This document shows positions 9,725 to 18,779 of a stretch of 32,000 bases of DNA, in pieces (the stretch's first letter is position 1; every line of letters starts with the position of its first letter). The notes beneath the pieces were generated by a model. It was given only the letters and a program-made list of their open reading frames with translations, made no database searches and was not told where the DNA came from. This stretch comes from Haloquadratum walsbyi C23. GTDB lineage: Archaea > Halobacteriota > Halobacteria > Halobacteriales > Haloferacaceae. The position numbers and the translations under genes are program-made. The stretch is from contig NC_017459.1 of assembly GCF_000237865.1 (NCBI RefSeq), positions 2,580,001-2,612,000 on the forward strand, given 5' to 3'.

Positions 9725-11047
9725 GGACGAATGATTCGTGTGGCGATGATATACCGGTACCGATATACAAGCGGTTTATATCAAATTAATTATCAATACC
9801 TATCGATTTGCTGTCACAAGAAGATCTCCCCAGTAACGACTGCATCTTGAATTTCCAGTGCAGTTGCGAATTCATGACGTATAGTCATCTGCTGGTCAAG
9901 CCGACAAAGCCGACGACGTTGTTCAGCATGAGCACGCAGACTGCCTCGGGATCATATATCAAAGCCCCGTGGCATCCGTCTTGTAACTCTGTGAAAGGGC
10001 ATCGATGGCTCGTTATGAATATACAATTTCGTCTGTCAGCGCCGTCCAGTGTCCATCAGGGACGACAAAGACCGCACGATCGTCCGTTTCAATGGTTCCA
10101 ACCGTTGATGTGCATGACGAATATACATATATTAGTGCCTGACGAAGGCGTGGTCTAAGACGTAGGCTGAGGGAATTAGAAAAGCCACGGGTTACCCGAC
10201 CTGTGGTCGTTTACGCTACTTACAGCGTCAGACGACGCCTCGGCAGCGGCAAATGAGTCTTGTACCCGCTTATCTGTTCCCGCCGGAAACGCGCGGTGTG
10301 GGAGGATTGTGACTGAGTCAACACTGGTATTAATATCGGAAATTTCTCGATTATGGGTCCAGAGACTCCCAGCGTCAACGACGATATCATCAGCACAGGC
10401 TGGCGTTTGAACTGATTCAGTAAGGCGAAGGTCGCCGTATCGAGCAGGTCAATCTCGATGATGAATCTCAAAATATTCGGTCATAGATAACTCATGTAAA
10501 TATGTAAAACGAAGACTGCGCTTTCAGACGTGTGAATTCGGTAACAAGAGAGTGAATCAAGCCACACCATGCTGCGTCGTAATAGTGGGGTCAACTCTCA
10601 CATGGTGATTATCTAACTCAGATACGTGTGAAATATGCATATGAGCGCTCATATATGAGTATTTATTTTCAGTGGATATATTATCGAGCGATTCGGTTCT
10701 GTCCACATCTGGGAGTATATTGAATAGTGAATTATCGCGCACTACTCCCTCGGCGCTCCCCGTCTCAGTTCTTGATGATGCGGCTTTGATCTGGACTTCC
10801 GGCAATCAGCCGTCAGCAATACGCTAATGAATCTCGCCGGTCAATATTCCACTTATATCGTGATATGTCGGTTTCCTCCCTGACTTCCTCGCTCACCCTG
10901 TTCGCTCCCTGAAGTCGAGGGGTCCATCTCGAAAATACTGAATGCGGCGGAAATATCTCATTTCATGATTTGAGGTAGTTAGGGGTGGAATACTCCGAAT
11001 CAACGTCCTCAGTTCATGCCGGCTGATCGGTTCTAGATTAATTGCGA

Positions 11048-11356
11048 TTAATAGTACTCCCACTCGTCATCATCACTATCACTACGAGAAACTCCTTCTG
11101 TTGTTGATTTATCACTGTTATTTTTATTTGTGGTCATCTCATCATCTCCCCACGAATACCCACCAGAGTCTTGACCCGCAGATGCATTTCCGTCTGTGGT
11201 ATCATTTGGCCACTGTATTCCATCACCGCGAACACTCTTATATACAAAACCGGCAACAGCGATGAATAATCCAAGCAGTATAAGCGTGCTCACAGCACTT
11301 ATGAGCCCGGCAAACGCTTCGAAGGAAAACTGGAGTAAAATCGTAGCAATGTTCAT
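11048..11356 (-). CDS. Small membrane protein with a long acidic Ser/Asp-rich tail ending in WEYY
   Basis: ATG start. One or two N-terminal TM helices (FAGLISAVSTLILLGLFIAVAGFVY), then an acidic C-terminal half. It lies 37 nt downstream of the CPBP gene on the same strand. Confidence 0.45.
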   Translation of the reverse strand: MNIATILLQFSFEAFAGLISAVSTLILLGLFIAVAGFVYKSVRGDGIQWPNDTTDGNASAGQDSGGYSWGDDEMTTNKNNSDKSTTEGVSRSDSDDDEWEYY

Positions 11357-11393
11357 ACGAATATTACTGACTCCCTGATTTATGTTACTTCCG

Positions 11394-12209
11394 CTACACT
11401 ATTCCTGGTGTCTGCGCAAGACGACTTCCAAATTTGATCGTAATATAGAGTAGTGAAAACAGCGTTGCGTTGTATGCACCATGGACTAACACCGGGACAA
11501 CGAGATTATCTGTCAGTTCATACACCGTCCCGAACACAAGTGTTGGAAGAACGAGGATTGAAATACTCACAAGTCGAGCTTGTGGTGCACCAGCCAGTGA
11601 GAAATAATGAATTGAGGCGAAAATAAGACTTGCAAGTATAATCGCAATTGGTACTGGCAGCGTCTCACAAAGTCGATTCTGTACGATACCTCGATACAGT
11701 AGCTCTTCGCCAGGAGCGATAAGAAGGAATGATGCTGGGATAAGCAATAACAGAATTTCTGGATTTTCCATACCGGCTTGGGCGGCGGTGTTTGGAGCCG
11801 TCTCAGCACCAATTGTTGAGATGATTGCGGCTGCGGTAATCAGTAATGCCAGCGAAGCGATGTATCCACCAAATGAAAATGCGATATCGCGAAGCGATGG
11901 AATCTGGAATCCGATATAGCGAATGCCAGATCCTCGATACCACAGATATGCAAGGGCAACACCACCAAACCCGACTCCAGTCGCAAGTGCAAGCGAGAGG
12001 ACAATCTGCAATAGTGGTGTAATCGTGATTGCAGCCGTCTGCAAACCGATAGCTGCAGCAGCAACAAGTACAGCACCGATGATGATACCGATAATAGCGA
12101 CACCACCTGCAACGATGAGCGACCAGAGTATCCCAAATGCCACAGAAGTGCCAGATGGTCCGGTCAACCCATCTGCATCAGCTGGGCTTGGGTCGGACGA
12201 TGAAGTCAC
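11394..12209 (-). CDS. CPBP-family intramembrane glutamic endopeptidase (second paralog in the window)
   Basis: Motifs PGEELLYRGIVQ, FASIH and LVHGAYN in a polytopic membrane protein. GTG start at 12209. Confidence 0.8.
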   Translation of the reverse strand: MTSSSDPSPADADGLTGPSGTSVAFGILWSLIVAGGVAIIGIIIGAVLVAAAAIGLQTAAITITPLLQIVLSLALATGVGFGGVALAYLWYRGSGIRYIGFQIPSLRDIAFSFGGYIASLALLITAAAIISTIGAETAPNTAAQAGMENPEILLLLIPASFLLIAPGEELLYRGIVQNRLCETLPVPIAIILASLIFASIHYFSLAGAPQARLVSISILVLPTLVFGTVYELTDNLVVPVLVHGAYNATLFSLLYITIKFGSRLAQTPGIV

Positions 12210-12578
12210 AATATATATTATACTGCTGGCATCAAAACATTTCCCCGATATTGCACACTGACTGATATCCGACTGATATGATATACCAGCATCAATGTCT
12301 CACACGTGATGAAAACGAATCCACGTGCTTTGGGTGAACATTATATTCAATCTCCTAGATAGGTGGAGACAGTATAAGATGTCACCTGATACCATCATCA
12401 AACAGAACTCCACTCACAAGGAACGAATTGCCTCTGGGTGAGTGAGCAGAGTGAAACATCTACCTGGGCTATTGATTGAACAGGCGAATACCGCGGGAGT
12501 TTAATACGACCTCGAGGCAATTTGCTCGCACTATTTCTTCTCGATGTAACGACGTATCATGACTCAACGAACCAATTA

Positions 12579-13139
12579 TTACGATTGAAGCTCATACTGG
12601 CTAACAGCTGTGACAGCTCGGCCATCCTTAATTTCCCCTTGACGAACAGCAGTTTTTATTTCCTTGTATTCAGTCGTACTAACGCAGATACTCTCATTTT
12701 CATCAAGCTGCTGACTCATAGTTCGCTCACAATCGTGTGCAACAAAATAATGATGAACAGCATCAAGAAGTCCATTCGCTGGTTCAGTCTGGAATAGTTT
12801 CGACATTGACCCAGCTTCATATCCAGTCTCTTCACTCAATTCACGCGTAGCGGCATCTAACAGCGCGGTGTCTCCAGATTCAACCGTCCCTGCCGGCAGT
12901 CCTCTGTTCACTCGTCCGACAGCCTGTCGCCACTCCTCAATGAGAATAACGTCATCACTGGAGGTAAATGGAAGAATAACCACCGCTGGTGGCTCTTCAA
13001 CAGAATGGAACTGTGTATGTGTTCCATCAGGAAGTATAACATCGTCTCGGCGGACATCAAATCCTGGACAGCTATACTCAATCTCGCTTTCTTTCGTCTG
13101 CCACGCTAGTGTGTCTGATGCGGAATCCTCGGTCGTCAC
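12579..13139 (-). CDS. NUDIX hydrolase (ADP-ribose pyrophosphatase-like)
   Basis: Nudix box GTVESGDTALLDAATRELSEETGY. 186 aa with a GTG start. Confidence 0.85.
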   Translation of the reverse strand: MTTEDSASDTLAWQTKESEIEYSCPGFDVRRDDVILPDGTHTQFHSVEEPPAVVILPFTSSDDVILIEEWRQAVGRVNRGLPAGTVESGDTALLDAATRELSEETGYEAGSMSKLFQTEPANGLLDAVHHYFVAHDCERTMSQQLDENESICVSTTEYKEIKTAVRQGEIKDGRAVTAVSQYELQS

Positions 13140-13204
13140 AGTAACACTCGGTCATGAAGGCTCAAGAATGATGAGATTATATTTTGATGATACTCGACGC
13201 TCAA

Positions 13205-13360
13205 CTGAACTGCCTCGGGGTCATAGCGCTCCTGAAAACTTATTGAGGAGTTCAATTCAAAATCTTGTCATAGAGTAGCCGCTGATATTGTTGCGTAGGA
13301 CCGATGGTCCAAAATGTTTCACGGAGAGCTCTAAAGCTCCGAGGCTTCCCGTTTCTACAG
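13205..13360 (+). repeat. IS-end-like repeat unit bounded by actgcctcggggtca and (reverse) gtagaaacgggaagcctcggagcttt
   Basis: The 15-mer actgcctcggggtca (13209-13223) recurs at 15856-15870. Positions 13333-13358 match 19001-19026 at 25 of 26 positions in reverse orientation. Both boundary motifs also occur at 19001-19054 with a much shorter spacer. Confidence 0.55.
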
Positions 13361-13989
13361 ATATCAAGGCGAGTGGCTCAAGGGTTGTCTCTGAGGTACT
13401 TCACAACGTGACTTGCAGACGCACGCTGGAAACAGCGGTGTCCGTCGCGATCACAGTCTCCACGGGCGTGTCTTCAGGCAAAGAGCAGAGCTGCGCGTCT
13501 TATTTTCGTGGGTTCTACTCATTATTATTCAATTATGACAGGATAGACTATTTGTGACATCCTCCCGGCTGTGAACGACTGTGTTTTACCCATAAGTCCA
13601 CAGCATCCCAACGTGGCGTTTTAACCGCTGTTGAGGAGGATTTGAGACAAATCCTGACGGATTGAGACGCCGATCAGGATTGCCGATTGGGCCACAGGGG
13701 CTGCTCAAACCGGGTCATCTCGTTGTCGGCATACCCAGTTGCTTGGGATGGGACTCCAACTCCCGACGATGAAACAATTTTTACTGTTTCGCCCCGCCCA
13801 TATCTTCGGGACGACTTATGCGTAAAAGACAGCGCTTGAGCTCAGGGTTGTTCACGAGGGTTAATCATATGAAAATTCGATCAGGGTGTCGTTGGAATTT
13901 GAAACTAAATTTAGATTAGACGCCTACAATTGTCAACATCAGGATTATGTCGGATTTATATCACGCAGGATATAGGTGATTGTGTATGC

Positions 13990-15312
13990 TCATCTGTTCT
14001 TTAGTACTAATCCACTACCGCATATGATGCTTATGAGCGCGAGTACACCTGTCGCAACATGGATTTCAGTAAACCAAAATGGGGTTTGGATGCCAGTTTG
14101 AATCCCGATTAATAGTAAGGATAGGATTGGAATATTTCGACCTGTTGCTGTACTCGCTGCAGTATCGATATTATTAGCATTGGTATATGCAACCCCACCA
14201 ACACGCTCACCAGCTGGTAGGCGATCAGCCTCATATGGGACTTTCTGCGTTTGGTAACTCCAAACAGCAACACCACTATTATTGATTTCGACAATTCGCT
14301 TGTTCAGCGAGTCAGTGATCAATGTATTTCCGTTCGATAACCGGTCTGCATCGCGTGGCCAACTAAATGGAACCCCCTCAGCTGCAGCGATGGACCACGT
14401 GACCTCCCAGCTATCATCAGCCCCGCGGTGAAGTTCGACAATACGATCATTATGACTGTCAGCAACAAGGACGGTTCCATTCCCAAGCCACTGTGGATTG
14501 TGCTGTTGACGAAGTACCGATGGGTCGCCCTTTCCATTCCCAGATTCATCTTTATTAATCACCTCAACGACGCCATGACCGCGCTCAATAATAACAAGTT
14601 GATGTGCATTCCGGACAGAGACAAGAAATCGGTCTGAATCAATGACATCAATATCGTTAATATGTAGCCAGTCTGTTCGTGTCGGATCTGGTGGTGCATC
14701 ATATGTTTCGTTTGCATACCACTCCCAGGTTATTGTTCCATTATCAACAATAGCGATTCGCTCAGCATCCATATCGGTAAACACATATTCATTAGGTCCA
14801 AGTCGCTCAACATCATGTACTTCACTGTTTACCCGAGTCCGAACAGGAAATGAATACTCATCAGTGACAGTCGGTGAGCTATCTGCGGTTATTTCTGGCG
14901 GATTAATAACCCGAAAGCCTGTGCGCGCACATGGTTCATCATATGGTCCACAGGGGGTTGTCTCACCGTTCATGTATCCCGCAAGAACGGTGCCAGTCGG
15001 CAATTTTGTGACATCAAAGTAACTATCAGCATCAGCAAGTCGCCAGGCAACGGAGCGCCCATCAAGTTGATACACTGAACCATCATCGTGGAGCCCCGGA
15101 CCACCTCCTTGTGACCCAACAATTGTCACTCGACGGTCATCTGCTGCAACACCGACATTAGGGGCCACTGCAGCAGCAAGCACAACTGAGAATACAAAAA
15201 TACTAATTCCCGCTAGCATAACTGCAATCCCACCACGGCGTCCGGAAATGCGACGTATACCTGAGATAAGTCGAGAGAGAAATGAGTATGAGTGCGAGTA
15301 TCCAGAGGGCAT
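13990..15312 (-). CDS. Arylsulfotransferase (ASST)-like beta-propeller protein with N- and C-terminal membrane anchors
   Basis: N-terminal TM, then repeated propeller-like segments (WLHINDIDVIDSDRFLVSVRNAHQLVII, HNPQWLGNGTVLVADSHNDRIVEL, PRDADRLSNGNTLITDSLNKRIVEI), then a C-terminal hydrophobic anchor. The family call is from memory of the ASST pattern. Confidence 0.6.
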   Translation of the reverse strand: MPSGYSHSYSFLSRLISGIRRISGRRGGIAVMLAGISIFVFSVVLAAAVAPNVGVAADDRRVTIVGSQGGGPGLHDDGSVYQLDGRSVAWRLADADSYFDVTKLPTGTVLAGYMNGETTPCGPYDEPCARTGFRVINPPEITADSSPTVTDEYSFPVRTRVNSEVHDVERLGPNEYVFTDMDAERIAIVDNGTITWEWYANETYDAPPDPTRTDWLHINDIDVIDSDRFLVSVRNAHQLVIIERGHGVVEVINKDESGNGKGDPSVLRQQHNPQWLGNGTVLVADSHNDRIVELHRGADDSWEVTWSIAAAEGVPFSWPRDADRLSNGNTLITDSLNKRIVEINNSGVAVWSYQTQKVPYEADRLPAGERVGGVAYTNANNIDTAASTATGRNIPILSLLLIGIQTGIQTPFWFTEIHVATGVLALISIICGSGLVLKNR

Positions 15313-15408
15313 TGGTGATTACAGGACAGATGAACGAGGTAAAAAACAGTTCGATGCGAACACGAATATATCAGGAATTATCGAGATACTCCGGATAATA
15401 TGCATCGC

Positions 15409-15810
15409 TTAATTCGATTGTTGCTCGGATTTAATCTCAACTCGATATCCGAACGGATCAGTCACATAGACCGCAGGTGCAACCCCAGTTGCTCCTCGTG
15501 GGGTTAATCGTCGATCAATGTCAATATCTGCGTCTGTAAGCATCGTTTCAATCACATCAATCGACTCTGCAACGCGAATTGCAACATGATCCGCAGCTGT
15601 CCGGTCTGGCTTACTAAATTTTGGGTCAGGTTCAAGATGTAACACTGACCCGGGACTGATTCGTACCGAAAAGAATGGTTTCTCATCTGATTCATATGCA
15701 GCCATGCCTTCAATTGCAAACCCGAGTCCATCGTGATAAAATTTGACTGCATCGACTCGCCCGTCTGTCGGAATGTAATATTTTATATGATCAACGGCAG
15801 TTCCGTGCAT
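15409..15810 (-). CDS. VOC-family protein (glyoxalase / bleomycin resistance / dioxygenase fold)
   Basis: 133 aa. The pattern DHIKYY..D...AVKFYHDGLGF .... DHVAIRV...ID.....L....I.......PRGA..V.VYVTDPFGYRVEI is typical of the paired beta-alpha-beta-beta-beta modules. Confidence 0.65.
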   Translation of the reverse strand: MHGTAVDHIKYYIPTDGRVDAVKFYHDGLGFAIEGMAAYESDEKPFFSVRISPGSVLHLEPDPKFSKPDRTAADHVAIRVAESIDVIETMLTDADIDIDRRLTPRGATGVAPAVYVTDPFGYRVEIKSEQQSN

Positions 15811-15855
15811 ATCACTACTTTGAGGTCAATATTGAAAAATATCAGCCGGTCGTGG

Positions 15856-15905
15856 ACTGCCTCGGGGTCAAGCCGTGTGATATTCCCCTCATATCGCTTG
15901 TGAAT
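15856..15905 (+). repeat. Short fragment of the same repeat family
   Basis: actgcctcggggtca is followed by gtgtgatattcccctcatatcgcttgtgaattg, which resembles the end segment of copy A, gtgtatcccctcgctacttgttcgtttcac (7471-7500). Confidence 0.4.
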
Positions 15906-16093
15906 TGAATGCTATCGAGACATACTTTATTTGTAACCGATACGGGTGTCTCAGCGCTCAGATGTAGCTTTTAAGAAAACATATCATTCGATTATATCTT
16001 GAACAGGCGCAATATCACGCCGATCACGGCATGGATATGCGCCATCGCCAGGTAAACTCCGAATATTTTTGCTGTGCCATCGTGCATTTTGTG

Positions 16094-16520
16094 GTGTCGG
16101 CGCATCGGGTATCAGCCCAATAAAGCCGAGTATCTGAGAGCTGTTGGCTCAAATGTCCAGTCATCCCGACAACGAGATTATCCCCGACGTGGGGAATCAA
16201 AAGCAATCATCGGGCATCTAACGCTAAGGTAAGTAACTCCGAGTGGTGACGCCTGCTGACGTCCCGATGACACAAACAATACCTGGACACCACATACCGG
16301 TCGAGAATAGGAGTACCGTGGGACAGCATTCTTCGGAGGCTGCCAACGACCGGCTATACGTCGATTCGGACGGTATGTGAGTTTGGCAGTCTGCAAACCT
16401 GAAACTCCCATCTGGTGGTACACGGTGTTGTCGGATTCTTTCCGTCTTGAGACCGAGGATGATCTCAAACGATGTAGATTGAATTAATAAAATAAGAAGA
16501 CATATTTTCGCCGCAGACAC
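16094..16520 (-). ncRNA. rnpB: RNase P RNA (archaeal type A-like); the core is secure, and the 5' end is uncertain (anywhere from 16465 to 16520)
   Basis: Minus-strand P4 5' strand GACGGAAAGAAUCCGAC (16431-16447) and P4 3' strand UCAGAUACUCGGCUUUA (16121-16137), compared with the consensus GAGGAAAGUCCGG / ACAGAAnCCGGCUUA. UUAGAUGCCCGAUGAUUGC (16203-16221) resembles the conserved UAGAUGAAUGAUUG block. A 12-bp long-range helix pairs ACACCGUGUACC (16417-16428) with GGUAUGUGGUGU (16287-16298). CUGCCAA/UUGGCAG pair at 16383-16389 and 16340-16346. A possible P1 pairs GUGUC..GGCG (16509-16520) with CGCCGACAC (16094-16102). Only junk ORFs cover the region. Confidence 0.65.
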
Positions 16521-16539
16521 ATCTCGCGTTAATTAATTA

Positions 16540-17652
16540 ATGTTTATTGGTCATGAGTTCCTGGCATTTGCACTTGCTGTTGGTCTCTCATCTCAGACGG
16601 GAGCCACAGATGTGCAGATTCGATCAGTCGGACTCCTTGCTGCGATTGCGGCGTTTCTTCCTGATCTTGATGTCGGATATGCCATCATTACATATGCTCT
16701 TGCTATCGCCTCAGGAGCACCAATCGGATGGGGTGCATTCTGGGGAGTCGCAAATAGTGTGCACCGAACTGTCACTCACTCACTACCGATTGGTATTACG
16801 GCGGCACTGATTGCATGGGGAAGTGCAAATTTCATATATCATACGAGTCACTCAACTTCTAATATCAAAATAACCACGAACACTGGGAGTAATCTTATTA
16901 TATATATACTATCGTTATACAGAGAACAGTCACTGATCCTTGCTGGTGTGATTGGAGGTAGTGTTGTCATTGGATTCTATATTACGGCTGGCGTGAGTGC
17001 AAGTGCCGTCGCCGCTATTTTTTTTATTATCATCGGACTTCTTGGGGGGATCACCTGTCGACAGACGGTGTTGACAGCAAATCAGATTGGCGCTGCAATC
17101 GCGATTGGGACGATAACACACCCATTTGGAGATGTCTTCATGGCTACGCCACCACCGCTATTTGCTCCGATTACATCGCTGATTGGGTGGCATATTGAAC
17201 TCACGCGCTTCACATTCGCGTCTCACCCGACGCTGAATCTTCTTGGTGTGCTCTTTATTGAAATTGTGTTTATTTGGCTCGGAGTCAGTGCATTTGCCAA
17301 AGTGACACAGCGATCTGTCCGTGCGTATGTCGACCGACGAGCGCTGATTGCAGCAGGCTATGCGCTTGTAATGCTCAGCTTTCAACCACCAACGATGGCT
17401 GATGCCCATCGACTTGGCTTTACTATCGTCCCGTTAGCTATTAGCATCGGAGTATGGAGTGGGGTAAGTACTACAACAAAGTTTTGTGATGAGCGAATGA
17501 GTGAGCCAATAGATACCACCACTGCTGGCTATCGACGCATTATTGCTGTACTCACCACTGATCGTTCTCTTAGAGCAGCTGTCACGAGTCTGAGTGCATT
17601 GACTATTGCTGGAGTTGCATACACTACTGCGATGCTCTTCATCATATTGTGA
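16540..17652 (+). CDS. Membrane-bound metal-dependent hydrolase, YdjM/DUF457-like
   Basis: Polytopic 370 aa protein with an N-terminal GHE, LPDLD, HRTVTHSLP and THPFGD, matching the His/Asp motif series I recall for DUF457. Confidence 0.65.
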   Translation: MFIGHEFLAFALAVGLSSQTGATDVQIRSVGLLAAIAAFLPDLDVGYAIITYALAIASGAPIGWGAFWGVANSVHRTVTHSLPIGITAALIAWGSANFIYHTSHSTSNIKITTNTGSNLIIYILSLYREQSLILAGVIGGSVVIGFYITAGVSASAVAAIFFIIIGLLGGITCRQTVLTANQIGAAIAIGTITHPFGDVFMATPPPLFAPITSLIGWHIELTRFTFASHPTLNLLGVLFIEIVFIWLGVSAFAKVTQRSVRAYVDRRALIAAGYALVMLSFQPPTMADAHRLGFTIVPLAISIGVWSGVSTTTKFCDERMSEPIDTTTAGYRRIIAVLTTDRSLRAAVTSLSALTIAGVAYTTAMLFIIL

Positions 17653-17740
17653 GGAAATGACGACTTAATCTATATGAGGATAGCAATCATCACATGAGAC
17701 TCTGAGTTGTCGCCAGCACTCAGTATTGAATTAGCGTGCA

Positions 17741-18286
17741 TCATGATTGGCTACATTCGACGTCTGTTTCAAAATATAGCGCATGATGTTGACGACACCC
17801 AGGATTGAACGCTGCTCCGCAGATTGGACACATGACTCCAGTATCGAGATATGTTCGTGCAGATAATGTTGTCCGACAGACGCCACACAATACTGCAGGG
17901 TCGTCAAGTCGCTCTGCCGGCCACGGGTCAACCTGTGACCGTATCTTCTCCTCATGTGGTGGCTGACACTCACCGTTCTCTGTATGGCAGAGATCATTAC
18001 GATCATTAGGTGATCTTACTGAAGATAATAATTGCGTCGTTTGTGCATGAGCAACGACTGCAAGATGACAGCGATAACATGGGGAAAAGACTTCACAGCA
18101 CCCAAATCGTAGCGCAATAACATCGCTTGGACCTGTCCAATGCGCACACCGTGTTTCTGCGTCAACACTCACACCACAGAGCGTGACCGCAAACCGATCA
18201 TCTGGCTGGGGTAACCAACTCGTCTGCTGGTCTCCTGTTGTTTCGTGTACTGCAGGCAGGTATTGTGACAGAGGTGAATTGTCCAT
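17741..18286 (-). CDS. CHY-type zinc-finger protein
   Basis: Cys/His-rich pattern CAHWTGPSDVIALRFGCCEVFSPCYRCH...C....C...C..C. The ATG lies 1 nt after the trmY stop, so the two genes are tightly coupled. Confidence 0.75.
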   Translation of the reverse strand: MDNSPLSQYLPAVHETTGDQQTSWLPQPDDRFAVTLCGVSVDAETRCAHWTGPSDVIALRFGCCEVFSPCYRCHLAVVAHAQTTQLLSSVRSPNDRNDLCHTENGECQPPHEEKIRSQVDPWPAERLDDPAVLCGVCRTTLSARTYLDTGVMCPICGAAFNPGCRQHHALYFETDVECSQS

Positions 18287-18287
18287 A

Positions 18288-18779
18288 TTAGTACTGGTTA
18301 TATCCGTTCGTATCTAGATAGTTGTGAGCAATGGTAATTGCATGATCAGCATGCAGTATCATCGGTCCAAGTCGAATTTGGTGTTCGGCAATATCGCCGA
18401 GTTGTTCAATCTCGTCATTAGTCAATGAGTGATGATCTGAAAGTACAAACAGAGGGTCATCTGGTGGATCAATATCAACAATTGGTGTGCCTGTTTCGTG
18501 TAATTGGATTGGTGTCGTCTCAGTTTTCAGTCTGTTCACCGTCTCAGCAAAACCCATGCGTCGAATTGAGACCCCAGGTGTACTTTCAGCAGGCATATGA
18601 CCAATTGCTTTCTCACGGTTTTCAAGCGCAGTGCGTATTAATGCTGCTGTGCTTCGTTCATCCGGATTAAGTCGCTTAAGATTAGCACCATCAAACTGGA
18701 CGGTGAATTGATTATTGAGGACAAGATGGACGCGGACGTCCTCGCGAATACCGTGTGAACAAACAAGTGCGCTTGTCAC
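18288..18779 (-). CDS. trmY: tRNA (pseudouridine54-N1)-methyltransferase TrmY (SPOUT). Coordinates run from the only canonical start (GTG 18779), but homology continues in frame upstream to 18884
   Basis: SHGIREDVRVHLVL, FVLSDHHSLTNDE and IRLGPMILHADHAITIAHNYLD are typical of TrmY. The in-frame upstream codons encode RITVILEPTRRTGGFPNLDDLAGGAGRLDILCRC, the conserved TrmY N-terminus, but contain no ATG, GTG or TTG. Confidence 0.8.
   Translation of the reverse strand: MTSALVCSHGIREDVRVHLVLNNQFTVQFDGANLKRLNPDERSTAALIRTALENREKAIGHMPAESTPGVSIRRMGFAETVNRLKTETTPIQLHETGTPIVDIDPPDDPLFVLSDHHSLTNDEIEQLGDIAEHQIRLGPMILHADHAITIAHNYLDTNGYNQY

Noticed and set aside
9808-10158. 116 aa plus-strand ORF with a TTG start
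   Set aside because: It has a basic, Cys/His/Trp-rich composition unlike the local proteome and lies in a decay zone with better, though still fragmentary, coding signal on the other strand.
10557-10805. 82 aa minus-strand ORF (MPEVQIKAASSRTETGSAEG...)
   Set aside because: It could be a small acidic protein. However, it has no motif, no clear start context and an odd His-rich middle, and it sits in the decay zone. That is too weak to list as a feature.
13700-13720. 13-mer atctcgttgtcgg shared between this spacer and the RNase P RNA region (about 16165)
   Set aside because: A single shared 13-mer between two places in 32 kb, counting both strands, is within chance expectation. There is no extended similarity around it.
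16040-16260. Plus-strand gccaggtaa and ggtaag strings that could suggest RNase P RNA on the plus strand
   Set aside because: The P4 strands (GGAAAG..UCCG and CAGA..CGGCUU) and the UAGAUG..AUGAUUG block match the consensus only on the minus strand. The plus-strand strings are short and probably coincidental.
16024-16520. Three overlapping minus-strand ORFs of 60-98 aa
   Set aside because: Their translations are Arg/Ser/Cys-rich junk. The region is better explained as the RNase P RNA gene.
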